Source of the DNA: Eubacteriales bacterium
Lineage (GTDB): Bacteria; Bacillota; Clostridia; JAQUNY01
Assembly (NCBI GenBank): GCA_028717405.1
Contig: JAQUNY010000001.1
Location: 1 to 37,423 of the forward strand
Direction of reading: 5' to 3'
DNA length: 37,423 bases
Every line of letters begins with the position of its first letter. Position 1 is the stretch's first letter. Shown piece after piece: positions 9,330 through 17,168 of the stretch. A program made the position numbers and the translations under genes. The notes beneath the pieces were generated by a model. That model was not told the DNA's origin. It saw nothing but the letters and a program-made list of their open reading frames with translations, and did not search any database.

Positions 9330-9715
9330 TTTTTCTGAAGAGAATCCGGTCCCATTTCCATAAACTCAATTCTATTGCCGTCCGGATCCCTGCTCCAGCA
9401 CTGCGTATTCCCGTCCTTGCCCTGTCGTGGTTCTGAATCAAGAGTGCCGCTCTGCCTGAGCCTTCCGGCGATTTCATTGATGTCGTCCACTTCCAGACAC
9501 AGGTGGGAATATGAATATTTCTCAGCTTTCTGGGGTATCCTGTAGAAAAGCTCTATGAACTGGCCTTCCCCGACTTTTATGTACTCTATCCAGGGTTCTC
9601 CTTTGTCATTTTTCAAAGAGAACGCCTTCCTGAATCCAAGTATCCCGCAATAATATTTAATGGACTCATCCATATTACTGACACTGAATGCAACGTGAGA
9701 AATCCCTTTGATCAT
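9323..9715 (-). CDS. VOC family protein (glyoxalase / bleomycin-resistance / dioxygenase fold)
   Basis: The sequence MIKGISHVAFSVSNMDESIKYYCGILGF...SHLCLEVDD...DPDGNRIEF is a classic VOC pattern. I moved the start to the ATG at 9715 because AGGAGGG lies 8 nt upstream. The longer ORF-track start at 9814 has no RBS and would add a non-homologous extension. Confidence 0.8.
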   Translation of the reverse strand: MIKGISHVAFSVSNMDESIKYYCGILGFRKAFSLKNDKGEPWIEYIKVGEGQFIELFYRIPQKAEKYSYSHLCLEVDDINEIAGRLRQSGTLDSEPRQGKDGNTQCWSRDPDGNRIEFMEMGPDSLQKKC

Positions 9716-9845
9716 TTTAATACCCTCCTGCCGCGTTGACTTTAAGCTGATTATACAACAATCATGGACTCTTTGCCATATTGCCGGTCTGAAATTATTT
9801 AAGAGTGATGTCAAAGCTCTGTCAGAGCGCTGTCAGGCAGATCTG

Positions 9846-12437
9846 TCAGATTGCAGTGACCGCAAGGCCGTTTTCCCCGATATCCACTTTCACAGTTCTT
9901 CCCGCAGAGACTCCGTCTTTTATGATCATCCTGCCTATTTCCGTTTCGACAAGCTTCTGAATATACCTTTTGACAGGTCTTGCTCCATAAACCGGATCAT
10001 AAGCCTTGTCTGCGATAAAGGACTTCGCAGCTTCAGTTACGTCAAGCTGAATTTCTTTGTCGTCAAGCCTTTTTTGTATATCGGCAAGCGCCAGTCCGAT
10101 TATACTGATGATCTCCGCTTTCCTGAGGGGCTTAAAGAGTACTGTTTCATCAATACGATTTAAAAATTCAGGCTTAAAGCTGCTGTTCAGCTCTCGCATC
10201 ACTGCATCCCGTGTGTCATCCCTTATTTCTCCTTCCTGCGTGATCCCTTCAAGCAGGTAGCGGCTTCCGATGTTGGAAGTCATTATAATCACCGTGTTTT
10301 TAAAATCGACGGTCCTCCCCTGGCTGTCGGTCAGCCTGCCGTCGTCAAGCAGCTGCAGCAGAACATTGAATACTTCAGGATGAGCTTTTTCTATCTCATC
10401 AAAAAGTATCACACAATATGGCTTCCTCCTCACGGACTCAGTCAGCTGTCCGCCCTCTTCATATCCCACATAACCCGGAGGTGCGCCTATCAGGCGTGCT
10501 ACTGAATGTTTTTCCATATACTCGGACATGTCGATACGCACTACATTTTCGTTGCTGTCAAATAAGGCCTCGGACAATGCCTTGGCCAGTTCCGTCTTGC
10601 CCACTCCTGTTGGTCCGAGAAAGATAAAAGAACCGATCGGCCTCCTCGGGTCCTTCAGGCCTGCTCTTGCTCTGATAACGGCATTGCTGACGGCCGTTAC
10701 TGCTTCATCCTGCCCGACGACGCGTTTGTGAAGGATCGTTTCAAGATTCAGAAGCTTTTCTTTTTCGTTTTCAACAAGTCTTGTAACAGGCACTCCGGTC
10801 CATCTGGAAACGATCTCTGCTATTTCGTCTTCGGTGACCTCCTCTTTAAGAAGAACCTGTTCTCCCGATTTCCTCCGCTGTTTTTCTGCATCAAGCATCT
10901 TCACGAGCTCAGGCAGCCTGCCATGCTGAAGCTCCGCGAGCCTGTTCAGGTCGTATCTCCTCTCGGCTTCTTCAATTTGCATTTTCACTTCTTCTATTTG
11001 TTGTTTAATATCCTTTTCTCTTTTTATATTTTCCTTTTCGAGCTCCCACTGGGCTTTCATAGACTCAGATTTACCTTTTAAAGACGTTATTTCTTCCTGA
11101 AGCGCTTCCATCTTTTTCTTAGATGCATCGTCATCTTCCTTCTTTAAAGCTTCTTTTTCAATTTCAAGCTGCATTATCCGCCTTGAGATCTCGTCCAGTT
11201 CCGTGGGCATGCTGTCAATTTCTGTCCTCAGCATAGCTGCCGCTTCATCCATAAGGTCTATAGCCTTGTCAGGCAGGAACCTGTCGCTGATATACCTGTT
11301 GGAAAGCACGGCACATGCAATCAGAGCGCTGTCGGTAATCCTCACTCCATGATGTATCTCAAATTTTTCCTTAAGTCCTCTTAAAATTGAAATAGTATCT
11401 TCGACTGAAGGCTGGTCGACCATTATCGGCTGGAACCTTCTTTCAAGCGCAGCATCTTTCTCTATATACTTCCTGTACTCATCAAGAGTGGTTGCTCCTA
11501 TACAGTGAAGCTCGCCCCTTGCAAGCATGGGCTTGAGTATATTGCCGGCATCCATCGCCCCTTCGGCTTTCCCCGCGCCAACAATATTGTGCAGTTCATC
11601 TATGAACAAAATGATTTTACCATCAGACTTGTTTACATCATTGAGTACGGCCTTCAGGCGCTCTTCAAACTCACCTCTGTACTTGGCTCCGGCTATAAGG
11701 GCTCCCATATCAAGCGCAAAAATCGTTTTGTCTTTCAGGCCTTCAGGAACATCACCTTTCAGTATCCTCTGGGCAAGGCCTTCCACAACCGCAGTCTTGC
11801 CTACTCCGGGTTCTCCGATCAGTACGGGGTTGTTTTTTGTCCTTCTTGAAAGGATCCTGACCGCCCTTCTTATTTCATTGTCCCTCCCAATGACAGGATC
11901 AAGCTTTCCTGTGCGAGCAAGCTCCACGAGGTCCCTGCCGAACCTTTTCAGCGAATCATAGGTCTCCTCCGGGTTTCTTGATGTTATACGCTGGTTGCTC
12001 CTCACCTTGCTGAGCGCAGCCATGAATTTTTCAGGTGTGATGCCGAAACGCCTGAACAACGATTGAGACGGAGTATCCTTTTCTTTAAGTAAAGCCATAT
12101 ACATATGCTCTACACTTGTGTATTCATCCTTAAAACGTTTTGCTTCATCTCCGGCACTGACCAGTATTTCATTTACACGCCTTGATGCATAAAGGCCGTC
12201 AGAACTCCCGCCATAAACACCGGGGAGTTTCTTCAGTTCGGCTTCAACTGCGCTTATATAATCTTCTGTATCGATTCCCATGTAGCCTGCCAGCTTTGTT
12301 ATGAGACTGTCTTCAATAGTCAGCAGAGCATAATGTATGTGCTCACCCTCTATCTGTTGATGCCCCATCCTTACCGCAGTCTCCTGAGCTCCGGATATTG
12401 CTTCTCTTGCTTTGTCTGTAAACCTTTCGATATTCAT
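9846..12437 (-). CDS. clpB: ATP-dependent chaperone ClpB (class 1 AAA+ disaggregase)
   Basis: 863-aa ORF. It has a Clp N domain and two AAA+ modules (GEPGVGKTA and GPTGVGKTE Walker A motifs). A long coiled-coil M domain lies between them ([10 protein letters not shown]...LQEEITSLK...). The C-terminal D2 small domain is present. Confidence 0.95.
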   Translation of the reverse strand: MNIERFTDKAREAISGAQETAVRMGHQQIEGEHIHYALLTIEDSLITKLAGYMGIDTEDYISAVEAELKKLPGVYGGSSDGLYASRRVNEILVSAGDEAKRFKDEYTSVEHMYMALLKEKDTPSQSLFRRFGITPEKFMAALSKVRSNQRITSRNPEETYDSLKRFGRDLVELARTGKLDPVIGRDNEIRRAVRILSRRTKNNPVLIGEPGVGKTAVVEGLAQRILKGDVPEGLKDKTIFALDMGALIAGAKYRGEFEERLKAVLNDVNKSDGKIILFIDELHNIVGAGKAEGAMDAGNILKPMLARGELHCIGATTLDEYRKYIEKDAALERRFQPIMVDQPSVEDTISILRGLKEKFEIHHGVRITDSALIACAVLSNRYISDRFLPDKAIDLMDEAAAMLRTEIDSMPTELDEISRRIMQLEIEKEALKKEDDDASKKKMEALQEEITSLKGKSESMKAQWELEKENIKREKDIKQQIEEVKMQIEEAERRYDLNRLAELQHGRLPELVKMLDAEKQRRKSGEQVLLKEEVTEDEIAEIVSRWTGVPVTRLVENEKEKLLNLETILHKRVVGQDEAVTAVSNAVIRARAGLKDPRRPIGSFIFLGPTGVGKTELAKALSEALFDSNENVVRIDMSEYMEKHSVARLIGAPPGYVGYEEGGQLTESVRRKPYCVILFDEIEKAHPEVFNVLLQLLDDGRLTDSQGRTVDFKNTVIIMTSNIGSRYLLEGITQEGEIRDDTRDAVMRELNSSFKPEFLNRIDETVLFKPLRKAEIISIIGLALADIQKRLDDKEIQLDVTEAAKSFIADKAYDPVYGARPVKRYIQKLVETEIGRMIIKDGVSAGRTVKVDIGENGLAVTAI

Positions 12438-12493
12438 AAACTTTACCCTCCATCATAATCATCTTCATGTCAATATTATTTCCATTAATTAAC

Positions 12494-12510
12494 TTTGACT
12501 TTCTTTGACC
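12494..12510 (-). promoter_or_regulatory. CtsR operator (tandem heptad) upstream of clpB
   Basis: The minus strand reads GGTCAAAGAAAGTCAAA. This matches the published CtsR consensus (A/G)GTCAAA-NAN-(A/G)GTCAAA at every specified position. It lies 57 nt upstream of the clpB ATG. Confidence 0.7.
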
Positions 12511-12576
12511 TTCAATGTATATAATACAGCAAACCGGGTCTTAAATCAACAATAACAGCAATTTTTTTGTGATTTA

Positions 12577-12585
12577 TGCTATAAT
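12577..12585 (+). promoter_or_regulatory. Candidate extended -10 promoter for serS
   Basis: TGcTATAAT lies about 115 nt upstream of the serS ATG. There is no convincing -35 element. An alternative promoter is TTGACT (12495..12500) with TATATA/TATAAT at 12518..12525. Confidence 0.3.
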
Positions 12586-12699
12586 AATTTAGCCGGATTG
12601 ATTGTTTCCAACGGCTGTGTGTTTTTTTAAAGCGGCAGACTGCATGTTCAGCGATTTAAAATGATTGCCGCCCAACCTATTCTGACAGGAGTGACATAT

Positions 12700-13980
12700 A
12701 TGCTTGACATCAACCTTATACGCAATGATCCTGAAGGCGTTAAAACTTCGCTCTTGAAACGCATGGACAGCCTGGATTTTACCAGGCTCCTCGAGTGTGA
12801 CAGGCTCAGAAGGAATCTTCTGGCAGAGTCAGAGAAGCTGAAAGCTGAAAGGAACAGGGTCTCTGCCCTGATACCCCGTCTCAGGAAAGAGGGCAGCAAT
12901 ATCGATACACTTTTAAGCGATATGAAAAAAACAGGAGATCTGATCAAAGAACACGATACAACGCTGGAATCGATCGAAGCCGAAATTCATTCGTTTCTGG
13001 AATCACTGCCCAACATACCTGCTGCCGATGTTTTGCCCGGCGGCAAGGAAAATAACAAAGTTGTCAGGGAGTGGGGAGTCAAGCCTGTGTTCACTTTCCC
13101 GCCGAAAGACCATATGACCCTCTCAAAAAGTCTGGGCCTCATAGATTACGAAAGAGGAGCAAAGCTTGGAGGCAATGGTTTCTGGATATACAGAGGATTT
13201 GGCGCTGTCATGGAATGGGCTTTGCTCAATTACTTCGTGGAGGAACACCTCAAAGACGGATATGAATTTATACTGCCGCCGCACATACTGAATTATCAAT
13301 GCGGGTATGCTGCAGGACAGTTCCCGAAATTTGTAGATGATGTTTTTCATTTAAAGCAGGATGAAGGTAAAGGCTCCGGGCAATTTATCCTTCCCACGGC
13401 TGAGACAGCCCTTGTAAATATATACAGAGATGAAATAATCGAGGAAGCCAATCTTCCCCTTAAGTTTTTTGCATATACTCCCTGTTACAGAAAAGAAGCA
13501 GGGAGCTACCGCGCCGAAGAACGGGGCATGATAAGGGGACATCAGTTTAATAAAGTCGAAATGTTTCAATATACAAAGCCGGAAGATTCCGAGAATGCGC
13601 TGGAAGAACTTGTGGGAAAAGCAGAAAGCCTTGTGAAAGGCCTTGGGCTCCATTACAGGGTCTCCAAACTTGCCGCCGGAGATTGCAGTGCATCAATGGG
13701 CAAAACCTGTGACATCGAGGTATGGATACCGAGCATGAACGATTACAAGGAGGTCAGCTCCGCATCAAACGGCTATGAATACCAGTCAAGGCGCGGCAAC
13801 ATCAGATTCAGGCGCAAAGACAGCAAAAAGAATGAGTATGTCCATACACTGAACGCCTCAGGATTAGCTACGAGCAGGCTGCTGCCTGCAATTATGGAGC
13901 ACTTCCAGCACGGGGACGGAAGCATAACGATCCCTGAGGTGCTCAGAAAATGGACAGGCAAAGAAATATTAAAGCCCTGA
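12700..13980 (+). CDS. serS: Serine--tRNA ligase
   Basis: The sequence MLDINLIRNDPE... encodes the N-terminal coiled-coil arm, followed by the class II core (TAE..L.N.....I....LP.KF..YTPC.R.EAGS.....RG..R.HQF.KVE; GLATSR). I moved the start to the ATG at 12700, which has AGGAG 8 nt upstream. Confidence 0.95.
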   Translation: MLDINLIRNDPEGVKTSLLKRMDSLDFTRLLECDRLRRNLLAESEKLKAERNRVSALIPRLRKEGSNIDTLLSDMKKTGDLIKEHDTTLESIEAEIHSFLESLPNIPAADVLPGGKENNKVVREWGVKPVFTFPPKDHMTLSKSLGLIDYERGAKLGGNGFWIYRGFGAVMEWALLNYFVEEHLKDGYEFILPPHILNYQCGYAAGQFPKFVDDVFHLKQDEGKGSGQFILPTAETALVNIYRDEIIEEANLPLKFFAYTPCYRKEAGSYRAEERGMIRGHQFNKVEMFQYTKPEDSENALEELVGKAESLVKGLGLHYRVSKLAAGDCSASMGKTCDIEVWIPSMNDYKEVSSASNGYEYQSRRGNIRFRRKDSKKNEYVHTLNASGLATSRLLPAIMEHFQHGDGSITIPEVLRKWTGKEILKP

Positions 13981-13986
13981 TCGGTC

Positions 13987-15081
13987 CTAAATGACTATGT
14001 TTACAGGCTTTCCAGTGTCTATGGACTCATTGCATGCGAGCACAAACGCAAGTGTTTTCACAGCATCTTCATAAGGAGAGCGGATTTTTGAGCCATCACC
14101 GGAAATGACCGCATCAATGAAAGTGCGGTCACAAATAACTCCCGCGGTTTTATCGTCCCGGAAGATTACCGGACCTGCTTTTATCTCCTTAAGTGCTCCA
14201 TCACCTTTAACTACAAACCCATCTTTGCCGTCTTTCACCATATCAACAGCCGGCGCCGGGCTTGTCCCGAATAACTGGAGAGTGCCAAGTATCTTTAGTT
14301 CAGCCCTCGAATCGCGGCAGCTGAAAGTGATTTTGCTGTCAGCTGCACTCCCGCTGCTTGCATAACATCCTGTTGAAATAGTCGCCAGCGCCCCGTTTCT
14401 GAATCTGACAACTGTTGTAGAAAGGTCTTCGGTATCATATCCTTCCACATCTTTGACAAAGCCTCTTGCACCCATGCTGAAGACGGTTTCCGGCTCGTCG
14501 AAAACATATCTGATTATGTCGAACTGGTGAACTGTCTGCTCAACTATCTGTCCGCCTGACAACGATCTGATCTTCCACCAGGGCGTGTCCGGAATACCTC
14601 CCATTCTTATGCAATCTACGAATACCGCTTCATTTTCCTTCAGATAATCTAAATTGGGATCTACAAGATTGCTGTACCTGCACTGGAATCCAACAGCGGT
14701 TATCAGCCCCGTTTTCTTTACTTCAGCTGATATTTTGCGGGCAAGCTGCATGGAAAGCGCAACAGGTTTTTCAACAAAGAAGGGTATCCCCCTGCGGATC
14801 GTTTCAAATTCAATTTCTCCATGCTCTGAAGGCGGTATGCAGATAAATACCATGTCCGGTTTTATTTCATCATACATTTCTCTGAAATCAGCAAAGGCTT
14901 TTGCTGCAGCTACATCCTTGTTTTTTTCCGCATTGGCGCTGTTTACCCTTTCGGCAAATCCGGCAGCCTTTTTATATATTATGTCGCAGAATCCAGCCAG
15001 AATGACATCCTCGTATTTCAGGAAGTGTCCCAGGTGGTAATTCCCTATCCCGCCGCAACCTATCATTGCAAGTTTCTTCAT
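13987..15081 (-). CDS. Gfo/Idh/MocA family oxidoreductase
   Basis: 364-aa ORF with the Rossmann N-terminus KLAMIGCGGIGN and the EKP motif (FVEKPVAL). It is followed on the same strand by nothing, since it converges on serS. It lies downstream of the TIM-barrel enzyme gene. Confidence 0.85.
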   Translation of the reverse strand: MKKLAMIGCGGIGNYHLGHFLKYEDVILAGFCDIIYKKAAGFAERVNSANAEKNKDVAAAKAFADFREMYDEIKPDMVFICIPPSEHGEIEFETIRRGIPFFVEKPVALSMQLARKISAEVKKTGLITAVGFQCRYSNLVDPNLDYLKENEAVFVDCIRMGGIPDTPWWKIRSLSGGQIVEQTVHQFDIIRYVFDEPETVFSMGARGFVKDVEGYDTEDLSTTVVRFRNGALATISTGCYASSGSAADSKITFSCRDSRAELKILGTLQLFGTSPAPAVDMVKDGKDGFVVKGDGALKEIKAGPVIFRDDKTAGVICDRTFIDAVISGDGSKIRSPYEDAVKTLAFVLACNESIDTGKPVNIVI

Positions 15082-15198
15082 CGTTTACAAGCTCCTGTTC
15101 ATTTTATTTTAAACCTGATATTACAATATTTTAATTTTCCGCCAGTCCCTGAAGGATCACTGTGAATCAGGTTTACCCGGCAGCCGGTGACATCAGTT

Positions 15199-16035
15199 TT
15201 AATCCAGCGACAATATTACATCAAGTGCCCCGGAGGTTTTACTATACAGGAATCCCGGGCTGACTGCCATAACTCCCAGTTCAGCGGTCAGATAACTCTC
15301 ATATGATGCCGCCCTCAGTGAAGCCATCACCCTCCTCCAGTTTATACTTCCTTCCAGCAGCCCGACAAAAACACCCCCGCTGTTTATATTACCGGTATTT
15401 CTTTTAAAATCCTTGACATGTATTCTTCCGATACGCTTGCCAAGCACATCGATCCAGTATTCCGGATTTGAAAACGCCGCTACATTTCCAACATCAAAAT
15501 ATGCCTTTATGTACGGACAGTCCAGACGGTCGATCATTCCTGACATATCAAGGGGCGAGAGAAAAAAGCCATTCCAGACATTTTCAAGGCACACGCTGAC
15601 CTTTTCAGCCATAATTTCCGGTTTCATTTCATACAATGCCGCTGAAACATTTTCATAAGCTTTAACAAAGGAAGTTTCTCCTGCCTTCGCGCCGGGTGCA
15701 ATCAATATTGCATCAGTACCAAGCTTCGAAGCTAACTCGATTTGTTTCCTGATAAGATCTTTTCCGGCCTCTCTTGTCGCCTTTTCGTCCGAGCCGAGCA
15801 TTCCAGCCGAAAGCGATGTCGATATGCCGGCCACTTTAAGGTCATATTCCGAAGAAAATTTCCTGATATCGGCCAGGATTTCTTCTTGTGTGTCCATACC
15901 CAAAGAATGATTTGAGCGGCCTGGCGCATCCAGATTCAGCTCAATACCATCAAATCCGGCTGAGGATATAACGGCAAACATATCCCTGAATCCAACATCT
16001 GCCGGTATGGTCCAGGCGTTAACAGATTTTTTCAT
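15199..16035 (-). CDS. Sugar phosphate isomerase/epimerase (xylose isomerase-like TIM barrel) family protein
   Basis: The pattern GFDGIELNLD...LENV...YFDVGN...HVKD is typical of the AP-endonuclease-2 / xylose-isomerase-like TIM barrel family. I moved the start to the ATG at 16035, which has AGAGGTG upstream. Confidence 0.8.
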   Translation of the reverse strand: MKKSVNAWTIPADVGFRDMFAVISSAGFDGIELNLDAPGRSNHSLGMDTQEEILADIRKFSSEYDLKVAGISTSLSAGMLGSDEKATREAGKDLIRKQIELASKLGTDAILIAPGAKAGETSFVKAYENVSAALYEMKPEIMAEKVSVCLENVWNGFFLSPLDMSGMIDRLDCPYIKAYFDVGNVAAFSNPEYWIDVLGKRIGRIHVKDFKRNTGNINSGGVFVGLLEGSINWRRVMASLRAASYESYLTAELGVMAVSPGFLYSKTSGALDVILSLD

Positions 16036-16261
16036 TTTACACCTCTGTTCCATATCATTATTTTCTGAAATACTTATCCTGCTGTTTCTTCAAATCCTTT
16101 TCCAACAAATTTATGCTATAATATTTTTCGAATAGAAGGCATACAGTAATTAACTGATTATATGGATAAAACGACTGTTTTATCTCACTTCCCGATTACG
16201 ATCAGGACGGTCGCGGCGCCTTGCCTTTAATCACAGGCAACTCCGGGTCCGGCGGAAGGAT

Positions 16262-17140
16262 GTGTTTATTTTTTCGAATTATACTTTTTACAGCCAGTCA
16301 TATTACCGCCACAGCAACGATATGGCCTGCAGCATATCCTCCGGCGAACGCGGCCTCATGGTGAACTGCACAGGCTGCTGCCTTCTCCCCCGTCCATTTG
16401 AAACACATAACAGGAGCGGCAGGAAAGACTATTATCTTCTCTATATGTGCCGAGGCAAAATGAATGTCCTGTCATCAGAAGGCTTGAAAACAATGCATGC
16501 CGGTCAGTTCATAACTTTCTATCCTGAACGCGAATACAGGTATGCAGGTTCGGGTAATACCGAAATAGTTTATTTCTGGGCTCATTTCACCGGAACTGAC
16601 ACAGGGAAGATCCTTGAAGACTTTGGCATGACTGACAGGAAGATTTTTGATGCCGGCGTCAGCGATGATATTATAAGAAAATTCGGTTTGCTTTTCAGTG
16701 AGTTTATCAGAAAAGATGAATATTTTGAGTCCGCTTCGGCTTCTGTGCTGGAATCAATACTGGTCAGCCTTGCAAGACTTTCGTCAAAGAAGCCTGCCGG
16801 TGCAGCCCCGAACCCTTCCGAAAAAATATTTGCTTCTCTTTTGTATATCCACAGAAATTATTACAAAGAAATTTTGCTTGAAGAACTGGCCGATATCGAG
16901 CATCTCAGTCCAAGCAGGTACAGGGCTGTTTTCAGGAAGTATGCCGGTCTTTCGCCAATGGAATATATTATCAGCCTGAGGATCAAACGTGCCTGTGAAC
17001 TGATAAGGCACTCAGACCTGGCAATAAAGGAAATAGCCGAATCAGTCGGCTGGCATGATCAGCTTTATTTCAGCAGGATATTTAAAAACAAGACCGGATA
17101 TCCTCCGTCTGCTTACAGAAACATACCCGATGTGTTATAA
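16262..17140 (+). CDS. AraC family transcriptional regulator (cupin plus HTH), divergent from the TIM-barrel/oxidoreductase pair
   Basis: The cupin-like core is RKDYYLLYMCRGKMNV...YPEREYRY. The C-terminal AraC HTH is LSPSRYRAVFRKYAGLSPMEYII.LRIKRACELI...IKEIAESVGWHDQLYFSRIFKNKTGYPPSAYR. The start codon is uncertain: the GTG at 16262 has no properly spaced RBS, and in-frame ATGs exist at 16322 and 16358. Confidence 0.8.
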   Translation: MFIFSNYTFYSQSYYRHSNDMACSISSGERGLMVNCTGCCLLPRPFETHNRSGRKDYYLLYMCRGKMNVLSSEGLKTMHAGQFITFYPEREYRYAGSGNTEIVYFWAHFTGTDTGKILEDFGMTDRKIFDAGVSDDIIRKFGLLFSEFIRKDEYFESASASVLESILVSLARLSSKKPAGAAPNPSEKIFASLLYIHRNYYKEILLEELADIEHLSPSRYRAVFRKYAGLSPMEYIISLRIKRACELIRHSDLAIKEIAESVGWHDQLYFSRIFKNKTGYPPSAYRNIPDVL

Positions 17141-17168
17141 ATGTGTTATGATTGCATACTCTCTGAAT

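Noticed and set aside
12438-12699. T-box riboswitch upstream of serS.
   Set aside because: I found no T-box core (GGTGGTACCGCG-like) and no specifier-loop or AG-bay features. The leader is too short. The absence is recorded as a finding instead.
13987-16035. Calling the oxidoreductase/TIM-barrel pair a DgpA/DgpBC C-glycoside deglycosidase system.
   Set aside because: No small DgpB-like subunit gene is present, and no family-specific residues can be verified by eye. Only the generic oxidise-then-eliminate logic is retained as a hypothesis.
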